Translations under genes and position numbers: made by a program
Notes under the pieces: generated by a model
What the model was told of the DNA's origin: nothing
What the model saw: only the letters and a program-made list of their open reading frames with translations
The model's database searches: none
Assembly (NCBI GenBank): GCA_963836075.1
Contig: CAWIIB010000009.1
Span: forward strand, 960,001 to 1,024,000
Origin: an uncultured Acidobacteriota bacterium
GTDB lineage: Bacteria; Acidobacteriota; JAQAZP01
Direction of reading: 5' to 3'
DNA length: 64,000 nt
In this document: positions 1 through 10,485 of the stretch, in pieces
Layout: every line of letters starts with the position of its first letter
Numbering within the stretch: the stretch's first letter is position 1

Positions 1-499
1 TGACCTTTTTCGTACTGCCGTCGGGAAGTTCAAAGGTGACCTTCCGCTTTTCCATGTCCACAGCGACAACCACAAGGGTCACCTGCTCGACTTCTGTAAC
101 GAACCCACCCGGCTTCGAACCGACTGGAGCAAGCATCACTCCGCCGGCTGCAACAGCATCCGGCGGTGCCGAAGCTCCGAGATACACGGCCACCGCTTCC
201 GTCACAACGGCGGAGACCGAATCCCCGATCTGCAGCTGATCAAAATTGACCATTTCAGGGGGTGCCTTGTAGGTGGTTTTGCCCCCGTCGGCCGAGGTGA
301 GCGTCAGTTTGCGTTTGTTCAGGTCTATTGCCGTGACCGTCGCGTCGATGGTCACCGTATCCACGACGATAGCCCCATCATCCGTTGCCGCAACCGTTGT
401 TTTTTCAACTTTTTCCACGCCCTTTGAGCATGAAACGGCGCTGATCATGACCGCCGGAAACAAGAACAGCAATGCGATGCTCAGAATCTTCTTCATCAT
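1..499 (-). CDS. Putative lipoprotein with repeated beta-rich (OB-fold-like) segments; runs off the window start
   Basis: Read by hand on the - strand: MMKKILSIALLFLFPAVMISAVSCSKG... with a lipobox-like AVSC and GAAGGAG RBS. No stop before position 1, so it is absent from the ORF track. Confidence 0.7.
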   Translation of the reverse strand, partial: MMKKILSIALLFLFPAVMISAVSCSKGVEKVEKTTVAATDDGAIVVDTVTIDATVTAIDLNKRKLTLTSADGGKTTYKAPPEMVNFDQLQIGDSVSAVVTEAVAVYLGASAPPDAVAAGGVMLAPVGSKPGGFVTEVEQVTLVVVAVDMEKRKVTFELPDGSTKKV

Positions 500-593
500 C
501 TCGCTCCTTCTTCCTCGATTCGATCTCCTTCACCACGGTTCCCTGTTACCGCGTTCCCGGGATCCTGCCGGCACGGTGAGCGGGCCCAATGGT

Positions 594-636
594 AATAAAG
601 GCCGGCCGCAGGGTGCTGCGACCGGCCGGTTTTTTT
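594..636 (-). terminator. Probable rho-independent terminator after glutaminase
   Basis: GC stem GCCGGTCGCAG-CACC-CTGCGGCCGGC followed by TTTATT on the - strand, immediately after the glsA stop; a T-run flanks the other side. Confidence 0.6.
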
Positions 637-1666
637 ACTTCGGTTGCGGGGCATACGGGTTGCCGCCGAGGGTGTTCGAAATGTCGGCGATCGCCTTCTG
701 TGCCTTGACGCTGTTGCCGGCCGCATCGAGCGGTGGCGAGACGACGGCGATGCCGAACTTGCCGGGCGACACCGCGATGAGGCCACCGCCGACGCCGCTC
801 TTGCCGGGAAGGCCGGTGTTGTAGAGCCACTTGCCCGAGTCGTCATAGAGGCCGGCCGTGGCCATCACCGCCAGCACCTCCGGCACGTTCTCGGGGTTCA
901 TCAGTTTCTTGCCGGTGACCGGGTTCTTGCCGCCGTTGGCCAGGGTCGCCGCCATCTCCGCCAGGTCCTTGGCGTTGACGCCCACCGAGCACTGCCTGGT
1001 GTAGATGTCGCAGGCCTGCAGCGGGTCGTCCTTGATGTGGCCGTAGGCGTACATCAGCATGGCGATGGCCTGGTTGCGCTGGTTGGTATCCGCCTCGGAC
1101 TTGTAGACGTCCTCCAGCACCGTCAGCGGTCGGCCGGCGAAATCCGAATAGAAGGACAGGATCTTGTTCCAGATCTCATCGTAGGTCGAGCCCTTGACCA
1201 TGCCGGTGGAGGTGATCGCGCCCGGGTTGACCAGGGCGTTCATCTCGGAGCCCTTGTACTGCTCGACCGCCACGATCGAGTTGAAGACCTGTCCGGTTGC
1301 ATCGACGCCCATGTTGTCGAAGATAGCCTGTGTCCCCGACTCCTCGATCACCATGGCCATGGTGAAGACCTTGGAGATCGACTGGATCGAGACCTCGGAC
1401 GAAATGTCCCCGGTCGTGTAGACCTTGCCGTCGGTGGTCACCAGCGCGATACCGTAGATGCTGGAGTCCACCTTGGCCAGCACCGGGATGTAATCGGCGT
1501 TGGCCCCTTCCTTGATGTTCTTGTATTTGGCGTGGGCGGCGTCCAGCGCCGCCTGGATCTCGGCCGGCGTCTGGGCCAGGGCCGATGCCGGCAGCAGCGC
1601 CAGCCCGGCCACCAGCAGTCCGAGCAGGCAGACGCCGGTATTACGAACGGAATTCATGAGTCTCAT
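635..1666 (-). CDS. glsA: Glutaminase A with N-terminal signal peptide
   Basis: Motifs ADYIP, SIQSISK (catalytic SxxK), NALVNPGAI, GLYDDSG and GLPGKSGVGGG; hydrophobic leader ending ASALA-Q. Confidence 0.93.
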   Translation of the reverse strand: MRLMNSVRNTGVCLLGLLVAGLALLPASALAQTPAEIQAALDAAHAKYKNIKEGANADYIPVLAKVDSSIYGIALVTTDGKVYTTGDISSEVSIQSISKVFTMAMVIEESGTQAIFDNMGVDATGQVFNSIVAVEQYKGSEMNALVNPGAITSTGMVKGSTYDEIWNKILSFYSDFAGRPLTVLEDVYKSEADTNQRNQAIAMLMYAYGHIKDDPLQACDIYTRQCSVGVNAKDLAEMAATLANGGKNPVTGKKLMNPENVPEVLAVMATAGLYDDSGKWLYNTGLPGKSGVGGGLIAVSPGKFGIAVVSPPLDAAGNSVKAQKAIADISNTLGGNPYAPQPK

Positions 1667-1669
1667 CGG

Positions 1670-2964
1670 TTATCCTCCCAGATTGAACGAGAAGTTGTAT
1701 TTTGCGGAGACCTGGACCCGGAACGCGTCGTAGTCCCAGCCGTCGTCGAAGTTCTCCCGGTAGCCGTATTGCAGCTCGACACCATACATCAGGTCGGGCA
1801 CCGGATTGTGCAGCAGGTTGATCAGCGCGTAGCGCCCGCTGCGGAAGGCGTCGGGCGACTGGGCGTCGCTGTTGTCGATGTCGGTCAGCGAGAAGCCCAC
1901 CGCCGTGCTCAGCTTGGGGGTCCAGCCCTGGTCGAGGAAGGCGACGATGCCCAGCACCGGCAGGGGCACACCCCTGATCGGCGAGTTGGGGTTGCCCGGG
2001 TTGAGCTCCACGCCGATGTCGGCGGTGGCGTCGTTCATGTAGTTCTCGATGCCCTCGCCGTAGACCACCTGCAGGCGGACCGTGCTGGCTTCGCCGAACT
2101 TGATGTTTGAGCTGAGGTTGAGGCCCCAGCCGGTGGCGCTGCCCGAGAGGTCGTACTCGTCGGTGCCGTTGTCGTCCCACTTGATGCTGCGCAGCATGCC
2201 GGCCAGCTCGACATAGCCCCACTTGCCGCCCACCCGGTATTCGGCCGAGAGGTCGGGGTAGGGGAAATGCCCGGTGATGTCGTCCAGTTCCGTCCGGTCC
2301 TCGAACTGCCCCCGGTCACCGCTGGCGCCGGGCCGTTCGAGGGCGATGGTCAGCCTGGTGTCGCCCTTGATCGGCATCCAGCGCAGCTGGATGTTGCGGA
2401 AGAAGACCATGCCGCAGGGGCCCCAGTACTCGACGGAGTTGGGAAAGACGTCGATGTCCATGAACGGGCTCCAGGTACCTGGCCGGCACCGAACTGTTCG
2501 TACTCCAGGTAGGCGTGCCTGAGACGGAAGGTGGTCTGCCCCGCATCGCCTCCCACACCGAACAGCTCCCACTCGAAGATGCCGAAGATCTCTTTGTCCC
2601 CCACGGGGAGCCACGACTTGATGCCGAAACGGGTCTGGCGAACGCTGAAATAGGCCTCGCCGTCCTCGCCGAACTCGTTCTCGTAGGCCGGCAGCTTGGT
2701 GGGCCGCATCACGTCGAACCAGTCCGGGTCGCTCGACCCGCCGTTGTACCCGGCGTCGGTCATCACGTGGCCGTAAATCTCCATCCGCGGCTTGGCCTCC
2801 GTCGCCTCCTCAGGCGCGGGGGCCGCCTCCGCTTCCGCTGCCGCCTCCACCATCGGGCCCGGCGCCGCCTCGTCCGCCCAGGTCGCCGGGGCCGCCAGCA
2901 GCATCAGGGCGGCTAGCACCACGCTGGTGAGCACCAGCAGCGTATTCCTCTGGCCATTTTTCAT
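1670..2964 (-). CDS. DcaP-family trimeric outer-membrane porin, one frameshift near 2475-2485
   Basis: Joins the tail of ORF 2350..3906 (MKNGQ...FSVRQTRFG...FRLRHAY..GAGQ) with ORF 1670..2614 (WSPFMDIDVFPNSVEYWGP...RVQVSAKYNF). Two extra bases at GGCCAG-G-TAC-C-TGG. Confidence 0.8.
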
Positions 2965-3002
2965 GTCCGTTCCTCCTCTTGTTGTGTTGACCCTTGTCCC
3001 CA

Positions 3003-4160
3003 TCAATCCGTTGCTCCGTAACCGGACGCGGGTGTCACCGGCGGTACGACGCGGGGCGCATCGGCATTGGCCTTCTCCCAGGCCCGCACATTGACCCGGG
3101 CCGCGTCGAACAGCCGCTCGTAGTTGCCCTTGCGCACTTTGTAGCTCGCCTCCGGCGTGAGCGCCTCCCAGAGGGGCGCGTACGCGTCGTACACCGCGAC
3201 CTGCGCCGCCACCGAGCCCGGCGCCACGACGTCGGTGCCGAAGAGGAAGCGGTCCGGGTAGCGGTTGATCATCTCGGCGGTCCTCCGGGTCGCCTCCGGT
3301 GTCGCCGTCGCGTACTTGGCCACCTCGTCCCACGAGATATCCATGTAGACGTGCTGCAGGGCGGGATCGGTGCAGATCTTCTCGATGATCGCGGCCTGTG
3401 CCTCGAGCGGCCGAACGATCCGGCCGAGGCCGAGATGGGCCCAGATGATGGTGGTGTCCGGGTGGCGCACGAACAGTTCCTTCAACTGGGCCAGCATGTA
3501 CGGCTCCTGGTCCGGCTTGGGGAACGGCATGTTGATGTCGTTGTGCAGGATGGCCACCAGCCCCGCCTCGGCGGCGAAGTCGAAGATCCGGTCGAGCGCC
3601 GGGTTGGTCAGGTCCGCCACCTCGCCGGCCACCTTCGACGACACGAACTCCTTGTGGATGGAGAATTCGCCGATCCCCGAGAACACGCCCGGGAAGGTGA
3701 GCAGCACCCGGCGGATATGGTCGACCGCGTACATGTCGGCGGGGTTGAAGCCGGTGATCATCGGGTCGATGCGGGCCTGCTGCTCCGGCGTCAGCGAACG
3801 GTAGGCCATGGCGATGTGGGCGTCGGTAAACGAGTAGTAATAGAGCGGGGCATCGGTCTGCAGGTAGTACTGCGGCGCGAAGTCGCCGGTGTTGCTGTGC
3901 GACCACATCTGCTGCAGCGGCAGGCCGAACAGGACGGTACGGCCGATGGTGGTGCCCATCATCTCCACCAGGTCGTGAATTTCCGTACCCTCCTGGATGT
4001 AGTTCGTGAGGTGAAAGTGCGAATCGTGGAAGTCGGCGTCCGCCGGCACCTGCGCCGCGGCGGGCAGGACCGCGAGCGCGGCGACGAGGACCAGAGCAAA
4101 CCCGAGCGACCGGCCCGGGGGCCGGCGAAAAACTCGCCCGTTCAGGAACAGTGTGTTCAT
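3003..4160 (-). CDS. Exported amidohydrolase-family (TIM-barrel metallohydrolase) protein
   Basis: Signal peptide; DSHFH (HxH), GIGEFSIHKE, ILHND, IWAHLG and RFLFGTD motifs. Confidence 0.85.
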   Translation of the reverse strand: MNTLFLNGRVFRRPPGRSLGFALVLVAALAVLPAAAQVPADADFHDSHFHLTNYIQEGTEIHDLVEMMGTTIGRTVLFGLPLQQMWSHSNTGDFAPQYYLQTDAPLYYYSFTDAHIAMAYRSLTPEQQARIDPMITGFNPADMYAVDHIRRVLLTFPGVFSGIGEFSIHKEFVSSKVAGEVADLTNPALDRIFDFAAEAGLVAILHNDINMPFPKPDQEPYMLAQLKELFVRHPDTTIIWAHLGLGRIVRPLEAQAAIIEKICTDPALQHVYMDISWDEVAKYATATPEATRRTAEMINRYPDRFLFGTDVVAPGSVAAQVAVYDAYAPLWEALTPEASYKVRKGNYERLFDAARVNVRAWEKANADAPRVVPPVTPASGYGATD

Positions 4161-4220
4161 GAGATGATTTTCCTCCTTGCTAATAAATACCAGTGAATAA
4201 GTCGGCGGCGCTGCGACGCA

Positions 4221-5645
4221 TCAGAAGAACACCGAGAATGCCGCCGACACCGTCGTGCCGTCCTGGCCGCCTGTGTAATAGCCGAAAGTGCTCGAGACCG
4301 GCGAGCGGTTGACGTCGATGACCTGGATGTTCAATCGGTGGTTGCGCGTGTTGAAGGGATAGTAGTTGGCGCCGATCAGGTAATCGGAGCAATTGGCGAA
4401 ACCGGCGTCGCTGTCGCCGTAGATCTGCGAGGTGGCGACGTAGAGCTCGATCTTTTTCGGCCAGGGGTAGAATGCCGCCTGCACGTAAAAACCGGTGTCG
4501 ATGATCTCCTCCACCGGCAGCTCGCCGTCGGCTTCGAACCCGTCGAGCCAGCGCGTGTAGTACTCGGTCTGGAAAAAGAAGCCCTTGTACTTCAGCCCGG
4601 CGTCGAAGGCGAGAATCCGGTAGTCCGCATTGGTCACGGTGACGCCGGACGCCAGGGCGCCCGTTTCGAACAGATTCACGCTGTCCGCCAGCCTCAGGGC
4701 GGTGTTCCCGGGCGCCTCACCTATCCCCGTGTAGCGCTCCTCGAGGCTGTAGGTTGCAGAGATGCCGAAGCGGGTCGCCACCTCCTGGTGCATTTCCCAG
4801 TCACCGTAAGCGCCTCGCGGACCGAACTCCTTTGTCGTCGGCATCCACCACACCGAGGCGCCGGGTGTCATCTTCCGGTCGATCTGGTTGGCGGTGACGC
4901 CCAGGATGCTCGAGGTGTTCCCCACCGAAGCGCTGTACCAGAGGCCGGGCAGTGCCTCTCCATTGGCCCACAGGCCCTGGGAAAAGAACGGTCGAAAAAA
5001 CTCGTCGGCCATCACGCGGTCGTTGCCCAGCCAGTAGGGGTGGGAGCCAAACATCGACCTCGAGCCGGGATTGCCGTAAATGCCGCCGTAGAGGTTGAAG
5101 GCCTTGTGGAACTGGTAGCCGAGGTTGCCGAAGATGGCGACCTGGTTGGTGGTGTTGACGGTCCAGAAGGCAATCGTGTAGCGGAGCTTCGGTGCGCCCA
5201 TCCAGCCGTTGAGCCAGACGAGGATCCGGTGGGAGTAGATGTCATGCCGGGCGTCGACGGGACGCTCGTTGCCCAGGTGGTCGGTGAAATTCTGGTCCGG
5301 GGGCATCTGGTTCATGTAGCGCACCAGGGCGTAGCCGCTGAGGGAAAGCTCGCCCAAGTCACTCCGTCCGACGAGAAATCCACGGCCGGGATCGAGAACT
5401 CCCCAGGTCTCATTGGATGGGGCCGGCGGCTTCTTGCCCGGTGGCACCTCGGCCGATGCCTCCGTCTCTTCGGGTGACGCCGGTTCCCCTTCTGCCGTGC
5501 CTTCAGGCCCGGCCGCCGTCGCCGGGTCTTCGGGTGGTGCCGGTTCCGGCGCAGTCTGGGCAACGACCACCTGTGGCAGGAGTGCGAGGCAGAAAAAGGC
5601 CAGCAAAGCGCAACGCGCGGCATTCAATAAACGTGTCCTCGTCAT
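4221..5645 (-). CDS. Putative outer-membrane porin-like protein
   Basis: Signal peptide, Pro/Glu-rich linker, aromatic-rich amphipathic strands, C-terminal FSVFF. Start placed at MTRTRLL. Confidence 0.7.
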   Translation of the reverse strand: MTRTRLLNAARCALLAFFCLALLPQVVVAQTAPEPAPPEDPATAAGPEGTAEGEPASPEETEASAEVPPGKKPPAPSNETWGVLDPGRGFLVGRSDLGELSLSGYALVRYMNQMPPDQNFTDHLGNERPVDARHDIYSHRILVWLNGWMGAPKLRYTIAFWTVNTTNQVAIFGNLGYQFHKAFNLYGGIYGNPGSRSMFGSHPYWLGNDRVMADEFFRPFFSQGLWANGEALPGLWYSASVGNTSSILGVTANQIDRKMTPGASVWWMPTTKEFGPRGAYGDWEMHQEVATRFGISATYSLEERYTGIGEAPGNTALRLADSVNLFETGALASGVTVTNADYRILAFDAGLKYKGFFFQTEYYTRWLDGFEADGELPVEEIIDTGFYVQAAFYPWPKKIELYVATSQIYGDSDAGFANCSDYLIGANYYPFNTRNHRLNIQVIDVNRSPVSSTFGYYTGGQDGTTVSAAFSVFF

Positions 5646-5891
5646 GCGTCTAACTCCCCTCCTGACACGGCCAAACGGGTATGCTGCACGGATCACACTT
5701 CGCCGCAACAACGAGCTTGCCCGCCAATTCCGTTAAACTTCATGAATCTGTAAAGACATTTTTCAATTCGAGCAATTGATTGATTGTAGGTTTTGGGAAT
5801 CAATGGTGTCAACGAGCCCGTAAAAAACATATTTTCAATAATTACACTTGATTCCGCATGTTCCGGACCATGACCGGGTGGAGGTGCAATT

Positions 5892-6221
5892 TCATAGTGT
5901 CCCGGCCCTCGCCCTCTCGATGGTTTCAATACCCGACGAACTCGAGATGGTGTCGAACCTGATCTCGGGCCGACGGAGTGCCAACTCCATGATGAGGAGC
6001 AGGATGCGGAATTCTTCCGAACCCAGATGGCGGTCCAGGCCCTCTTCGGTGCTCCACACCTGCTCGAGCAGGATCACGTTCTTGTCCTGCAGGTCCCCGT
6101 AGAGGTGGCAACCGGCACAACTGGGTAGGTCCCGGCACCGCTCAACCATCGGTCTGAGGATTCCCAGTATCTCGTCTCTCTTCCGCGGCGGAATCTTCAT
6201 CCTGATGGTCGCTTGTATCAT
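5892..6221 (-). CDS. Antibiotic biosynthesis monooxygenase (ABM)-domain protein, copy 1
   Basis: About 109 aa; CAGCHLYGDLQDKNVILLEQVW..LDRHLGSEEFR pattern; GGAG RBS before MIQATIR; close paralog at 20792..21121. Confidence 0.8.
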   Translation of the reverse strand: MIQATIRMKIPPRKRDEILGILRPMVERCRDLPSCAGCHLYGDLQDKNVILLEQVWSTEEGLDRHLGSEEFRILLLIMELALRRPEIRFDTISSSSGIETIERARAGTL

Positions 6222-6292
6222 GGGCATCTCCATCGTGCACCCCGACGGCGGCAAGCCGCCGGAGATGACTTTGAACACTGGCGGTTTAGCAG

Positions 6293-6308
6293 TGCCAAAT
6301 TCGTGCCA
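6293..6308 (-). promoter_or_regulatory. Sigma-54 (-24/-12) promoter, copy 1
   Basis: TGGCACGAATTTGGCA on the - strand (GG-N10-GC), downstream of a sigma-54 activator gene and upstream of the ABM gene. Confidence 0.8.
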
Positions 6309-6405
6309 GGAGAGACGCGGCAGCATCCGGCATTTCATGTCACTGAATTGAAAAGGATTGTGAGATCAAATGGGTGACGGTGGAAGCGGAAGTGGCGGGA
6401 TGAAG

Positions 6406-6439
6406 TGCCGGAATACCGGCATTGGCCGTTAATTCGGCA
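6406..6439. promoter_or_regulatory. Tandem 16-bp palindromic putative enhancer (UAS), copy 1
   Basis: TGCCGGAATACCGGCA-tt-GGCCGTTAATTCGGCA; the same arrangement and the same 98-bp distance to the promoter recur at 22163..22196. Confidence 0.65.
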
Positions 6440-8204
6440 GCGCTCGACTGGATCGCCTGATGCCCAATTTCTTCAACTTCGTCTGGAGGGTCGATCGTTT
6501 CAGGCCGAGAATCTCCGCGGCGCCGCCCGGCCCGGAGACGCGCCAGCCGGTCTTCTCCAGCACGGCCGTCACGTGCATCCGCTCCATGTCCTCGAGGCTG
6601 GCGAACACGGTGGCTTCTGAAGGGTCGGACCTCGGCACCTGAACCTCCAGGGATTTGCTCTTGCTCATAATCATGCCGTTTTCGATCAGGTTTCTCAGCT
6701 CCCGCACGTTGCCCGGCCAGGAATGGGATTGCAGGGCCTGTATGGTGTTTTTCGGAATGCTCTCGATCTCTTTTCCCATTCTTTTCTGAAATTCCCTGAT
6801 GAACTTCCAGACCAGCAGAGGAATGTCGTCCGGCCGCTCACGAAGGGGCGGGATCACGACGGAAAACACGTTCAGCCGGTAAAAGAGGTCCTGCCTGAAG
6901 CGGCCGTCCCTCACGTCCTTCTCCAGGTCCCGGTTGGTGGCGGCGATGATGCGGACGTCGACGTTTTGGGATCGTGTGGAACCCAGCCGCTCGAAACGGC
7001 CGTCCTCGAGCACCCGCAGCAGTTTGCTCTGCAGATCGATGGGGATTTCGCCGATCTCGTCGAGGAAGAGGGTTGATCCGTGGGCCAGCTCGAAGCGGCC
7101 GGTCATTCTGGTCAGGGCGCCGGTGTACGCCCCTCGTTCCCTGCCGAAGAGTTCGCTTTCGATCAGCGTGGGCGCCATGGCGGCACAGTTGACCGTCACC
7201 AGCGGTCTTTCCTTCCGGGTGCTCATGCCATGGATCGCCCGGGCCAGCAGTTCTTTTCCCGTCCCGGTTTCCCCCAGGAGGAGGACCGTGGAGTCCGTGG
7301 GGGCGACCTGCTCCGCCCGAACGAGGACCTTCTTCATCGCTGCGCTCTGGGCCACGATCCCGGTGTGCTCGCTCAGCAGCCGGACCTCTTCCAGCAGGTA
7401 GAGATTCTCCTGTTCCAGGCGCTGCTTGAGTGATTCGATCTCGTCGAGTTGTTCCTTTAGCTTCGCCCCGTTTTTGCGCAGGGACTCATCGGTCTGCTTG
7501 CGGGAGAGCGCGTTGGAAAACACTTGCGCGATGAGCTCGAATTCCTTGACGACGCTCTCCGTCCAGCGTCGCTCTTCTTGCAGGACAGCGAACGCCAGCA
7601 CGCCGAGCACCGGCCCCTGTCCCGTCCGTAATGGAACGGACACGGTGGACCTGGTGCCATACACGTCATAGGACTCCCGGTCGCGGCCTGCTTCCGGCGG
7701 GAGATCGGTCATTTTCGAAATGACAACCGTCTCCCCCTCCAGGGCCTTCTGCGCCGTCCAGGGGAAGAAATCCCTTGCATCCATTTGCCCGAGGGGCAGC
7801 GGGTTCTCCGGAGGCTGATGGATATGTGTCAGTAGCAGCTTCCCGGCCTCTCGCTCAGAAACTTGCAGCAGTGAGGAGCGGTCAATATTCAGCAACTCGC
7901 AGATGCGGCGCTGGGCGGCCATGATGTCGCCGTCGATCTGGTCGGCGGGCAGGTTGATGAACCGCGAGGAGATCTCGCGCATCAACTCCTCGAACCTCAG
8001 CCTTTCATCCAGGCTCTGCTGCAATACCTCGATGTGTCCGTTTGCCCCTCCCAGGTCTTCCTTTTGTATTTCAAGCCCGGTCTTTTCCGCCTGGATTCGC
8101 TCATCGGTTTCTTGCCGGCGCTGCTGCGCGACATCGAGCTGTTTTCGAAGCTCCTCTATTTCGCGCAGCAGCAGCTGCCTCGTCTGACCACTCCGGTCCA
8201 TCAT
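6429..8204 (-). CDS. Sigma-54-dependent Fis-family transcriptional activator (GAF + AAA+ + HTH, FhlA-like), copy 1
   Basis: Walker A GETGTGKE, ESELFG...GAYTGA, Walker B LFLDEIGE, WPGNVRELRN and a C-terminal HTH. Start chosen by homology to copy 2; the ORF extends to 8246. Confidence 0.93.
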   Translation of the reverse strand: MMDRSGQTRQLLLREIEELRKQLDVAQQRRQETDERIQAEKTGLEIQKEDLGGANGHIEVLQQSLDERLRFEELMREISSRFINLPADQIDGDIMAAQRRICELLNIDRSSLLQVSEREAGKLLLTHIHQPPENPLPLGQMDARDFFPWTAQKALEGETVVISKMTDLPPEAGRDRESYDVYGTRSTVSVPLRTGQGPVLGVLAFAVLQEERRWTESVVKEFELIAQVFSNALSRKQTDESLRKNGAKLKEQLDEIESLKQRLEQENLYLLEEVRLLSEHTGIVAQSAAMKKVLVRAEQVAPTDSTVLLLGETGTGKELLARAIHGMSTRKERPLVTVNCAAMAPTLIESELFGRERGAYTGALTRMTGRFELAHGSTLFLDEIGEIPIDLQSKLLRVLEDGRFERLGSTRSQNVDVRIIAATNRDLEKDVRDGRFRQDLFYRLNVFSVVIPPLRERPDDIPLLVWKFIREFQKRMGKEIESIPKNTIQALQSHSWPGNVRELRNLIENGMIMSKSKSLEVQVPRSDPSEATVFASLEDMERMHVTAVLEKTGWRVSGPGGAAEILGLKRSTLQTKLKKLGIRRSSRALPN

Positions 8205-8384
8205 CTGCCCCTGGATGACCTCGAAAGGAATAAAATCGATATTCATTCAAAGTGATGCCGACAATGCTGCATTATATACTCGAATTAATACATGGTAAAC
8301 GATGTATTCTGCACACGTTGGGAATTTTTTCTCGATGTTGGGGGACCGTTTTCCGTCGGCGCTGATGCCGCGGTAGTCGAAAGG

Positions 8385-8792
8385 TCAGTCACTGACGCTG
8401 TCGACAACGGTTGCCGCGAAGCTCGCCGGAAAGGCGACGATGATCGTACGCTTGATCGCCACCAGGGTCTCGGTGAGAGGGTGGAGCCGGTCCACGGCAA
8501 TGAGCACCGATGCCGCCACCAGCATGGTCACGCAGTACACGGTGAGCACCCGGAGCACCAGCTCCTTCTGGCTGGAGACGGTCATCGTGTGGCGGTAGCT
8601 GGCATGCACGAAACCCGAGATGAAGACCAGGGAGCTGAATGAGATCAGCAGCACCCGCCCGAGGGAGAGCTCGACACTCAGATTCCAGACCTCCTCGGTC
8701 ACGGCCACCGGAAATGCGAGCACCAGAGACCCAACGATTATCTCGGCGAGATCCCGCCAGCGGACCTTGGCGTTCCGGATTTTGGTTATCAT
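8385..8792 (-). CDS. DUF2391-like small integral membrane protein
   Basis: DLAEIIVGS..LAFPVAVTEEVW and FPASFAATVVD signatures; 4 TM segments. Confidence 0.7.
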   Translation of the reverse strand: MITKIRNAKVRWRDLAEIIVGSLVLAFPVAVTEEVWNLSVELSLGRVLLISFSSLVFISGFVHASYRHTMTVSSQKELVLRVLTVYCVTMLVAASVLIAVDRLHPLTETLVAIKRTIIVAFPASFAATVVDSVSD

Positions 8793-8804
8793 GCGCTTCT
8801 CCCC

Positions 8805-10473
8805 TTATCGAGGGTTGCCGGCGGGTGAAGCCGGGGGAACCTCCGGTTCCCTCTTCGCTGCCCCGGGGCCATGCCTGTTTTTCACCGCCGGCGCGACGCC
8901 GGATTCCATCTTGCCGTCGGCATCCGAGTAACTGACGACGCGGGTCGGAACCACCTCGACGGTGATCCTGGTCGGCATGCCGAACGCTTCCGAGATGACA
9001 TCCTCCAGCGCTTCCAGGCTCGGCAGCTCGCCGTTGCCGGCGAGCAGGATGGTGGCTTCGTCGGCCTTTGTTTCGACCTTGACCAGCCGCAGTGTCGACA
9101 CGGGCTCGAGCCAGGCCTCAACGTGTTCCCGGGCCTGATCCTGCCGGCTCGCCCGTCTCAGCACGCCCTCGCCGATGAGGCCGAGCGGGATGGTGATCAA
9201 CAGGGCCAGCACGATCACACCCGCCAAAAGATCACCGATGGCCGCATGATTCTTGATCAATTCTCGTGTCGGGGTGAAACCGACCAGTACCGAAGACGAT
9301 CACCGAAGCCAGGATGATGGAAACCAGATTGGTGCCAAAGAGCAGAAACGAACCGAGAGCGGCGGGCCACTCTCCGGCATGCAAGGCGACGCCGACGACA
9401 CCCAGGGGGGGCACCAGGGCCACCGCGACTGCCACCCCGGTGAGGGATGACGAAACACGATCGTCTATCGTGGCGTAGGCGCCGGCGGCCCCGGCAACCA
9501 CCGCAATGGCCATGTCGAGCAGGGTCGGCGCGGACCGTGACAGAATCTGGGTATTGACGGCCAGGGGAACCAGTGCCGGAATCCAGGCGGCAATGGTCCA
9601 TGCCAGACCGATGGCTGCCACCACGGACGCCGCCACCACCATGAGCGATCCCAGCGCCCGCTGGCGCCAGCCGGCCACCAGTCCGGCGGCGCAGCCCATG
9701 ATCGGTGTCATCAATGGGGCGACAAGCATGGCGCCGATGACCACGGCCGTGGAGTCCTGGAGGATGGCGAGACTGGCGATGGCCACGGAGAGAAGCAGCA
9801 TGACGACGTAGGAGGTGATCTTGTGGGCGCGATCCGGTGCTTCAAAGTAGAGGCCATCGGCCACCTCGTCGCGCCTTGCACCCCCCACGTCTCGGTCTCT
9901 CATCCAGCTGACGAAGATGTTGATGATCAGAGGGCGGTTGATGAGTGCATCTTCGCCGGGTTCGCGGGTCATCCCATAGGAGAGCATCACCATTCCTGCG
10001 GCCAGAACAACCATGGCGGCAAGGGCGATCCCGAAGTCGACCATTGCTTCAGGCAGGGTGAGCAGCACCACGGCAAAGCACAGGAAGAGTACACCGCGAG
10101 TAATCTCCGAGTGGCAGCTCTCGCCGGAACGACGGAGGGTGTACGCCCTCCAGATGTCCAGGACACCCGCAACCACCAGGTAGCCGACGAGGACCATCAC
10201 GAAAGCCCTGGCCGCGAAGTAGGGCACGAGGAGCAGGCCGATGCCGGCCACAACGTCAATCGCAGCCCGGAATACCCCGCGCCGGGCGCCCCGATGGCGA
10301 GAGTGGCCCCAGAGGCTGCTCCCCCCCGACACGAGCAGGGTGATGCCCAGGACCAGGGGAAGGATCTCCAGGGAGAAATTCGGCAACGTCAGCACGACGA
10401 GGCCGGCAATGAAGCAGACCGAACCCTTCACAGACGCCGGGTTCAACCATTTCCCCGCAACTCTCACGGACAC
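8805..10473 (-). CDS. DUF389-domain membrane protein with N-terminal HdeD/DUF308-like helices; frameshift near 9260-9290
   Basis: AVVIGAMLVAPLMTPI and GVAVAVALVPPL motifs in ORF 9232..10473; ORF 8805..9260 continues the C-terminus. Confidence 0.75.
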
Positions 10474-10485
10474 GGGCGTAACTCC

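Noticed and set aside
2350-3906. 518-aa ORF as a single protein
   Set aside because: The first ~315 codons are an alternative frame over the amidohydrolase; only the part from 2964 is the DcaP N-terminus.
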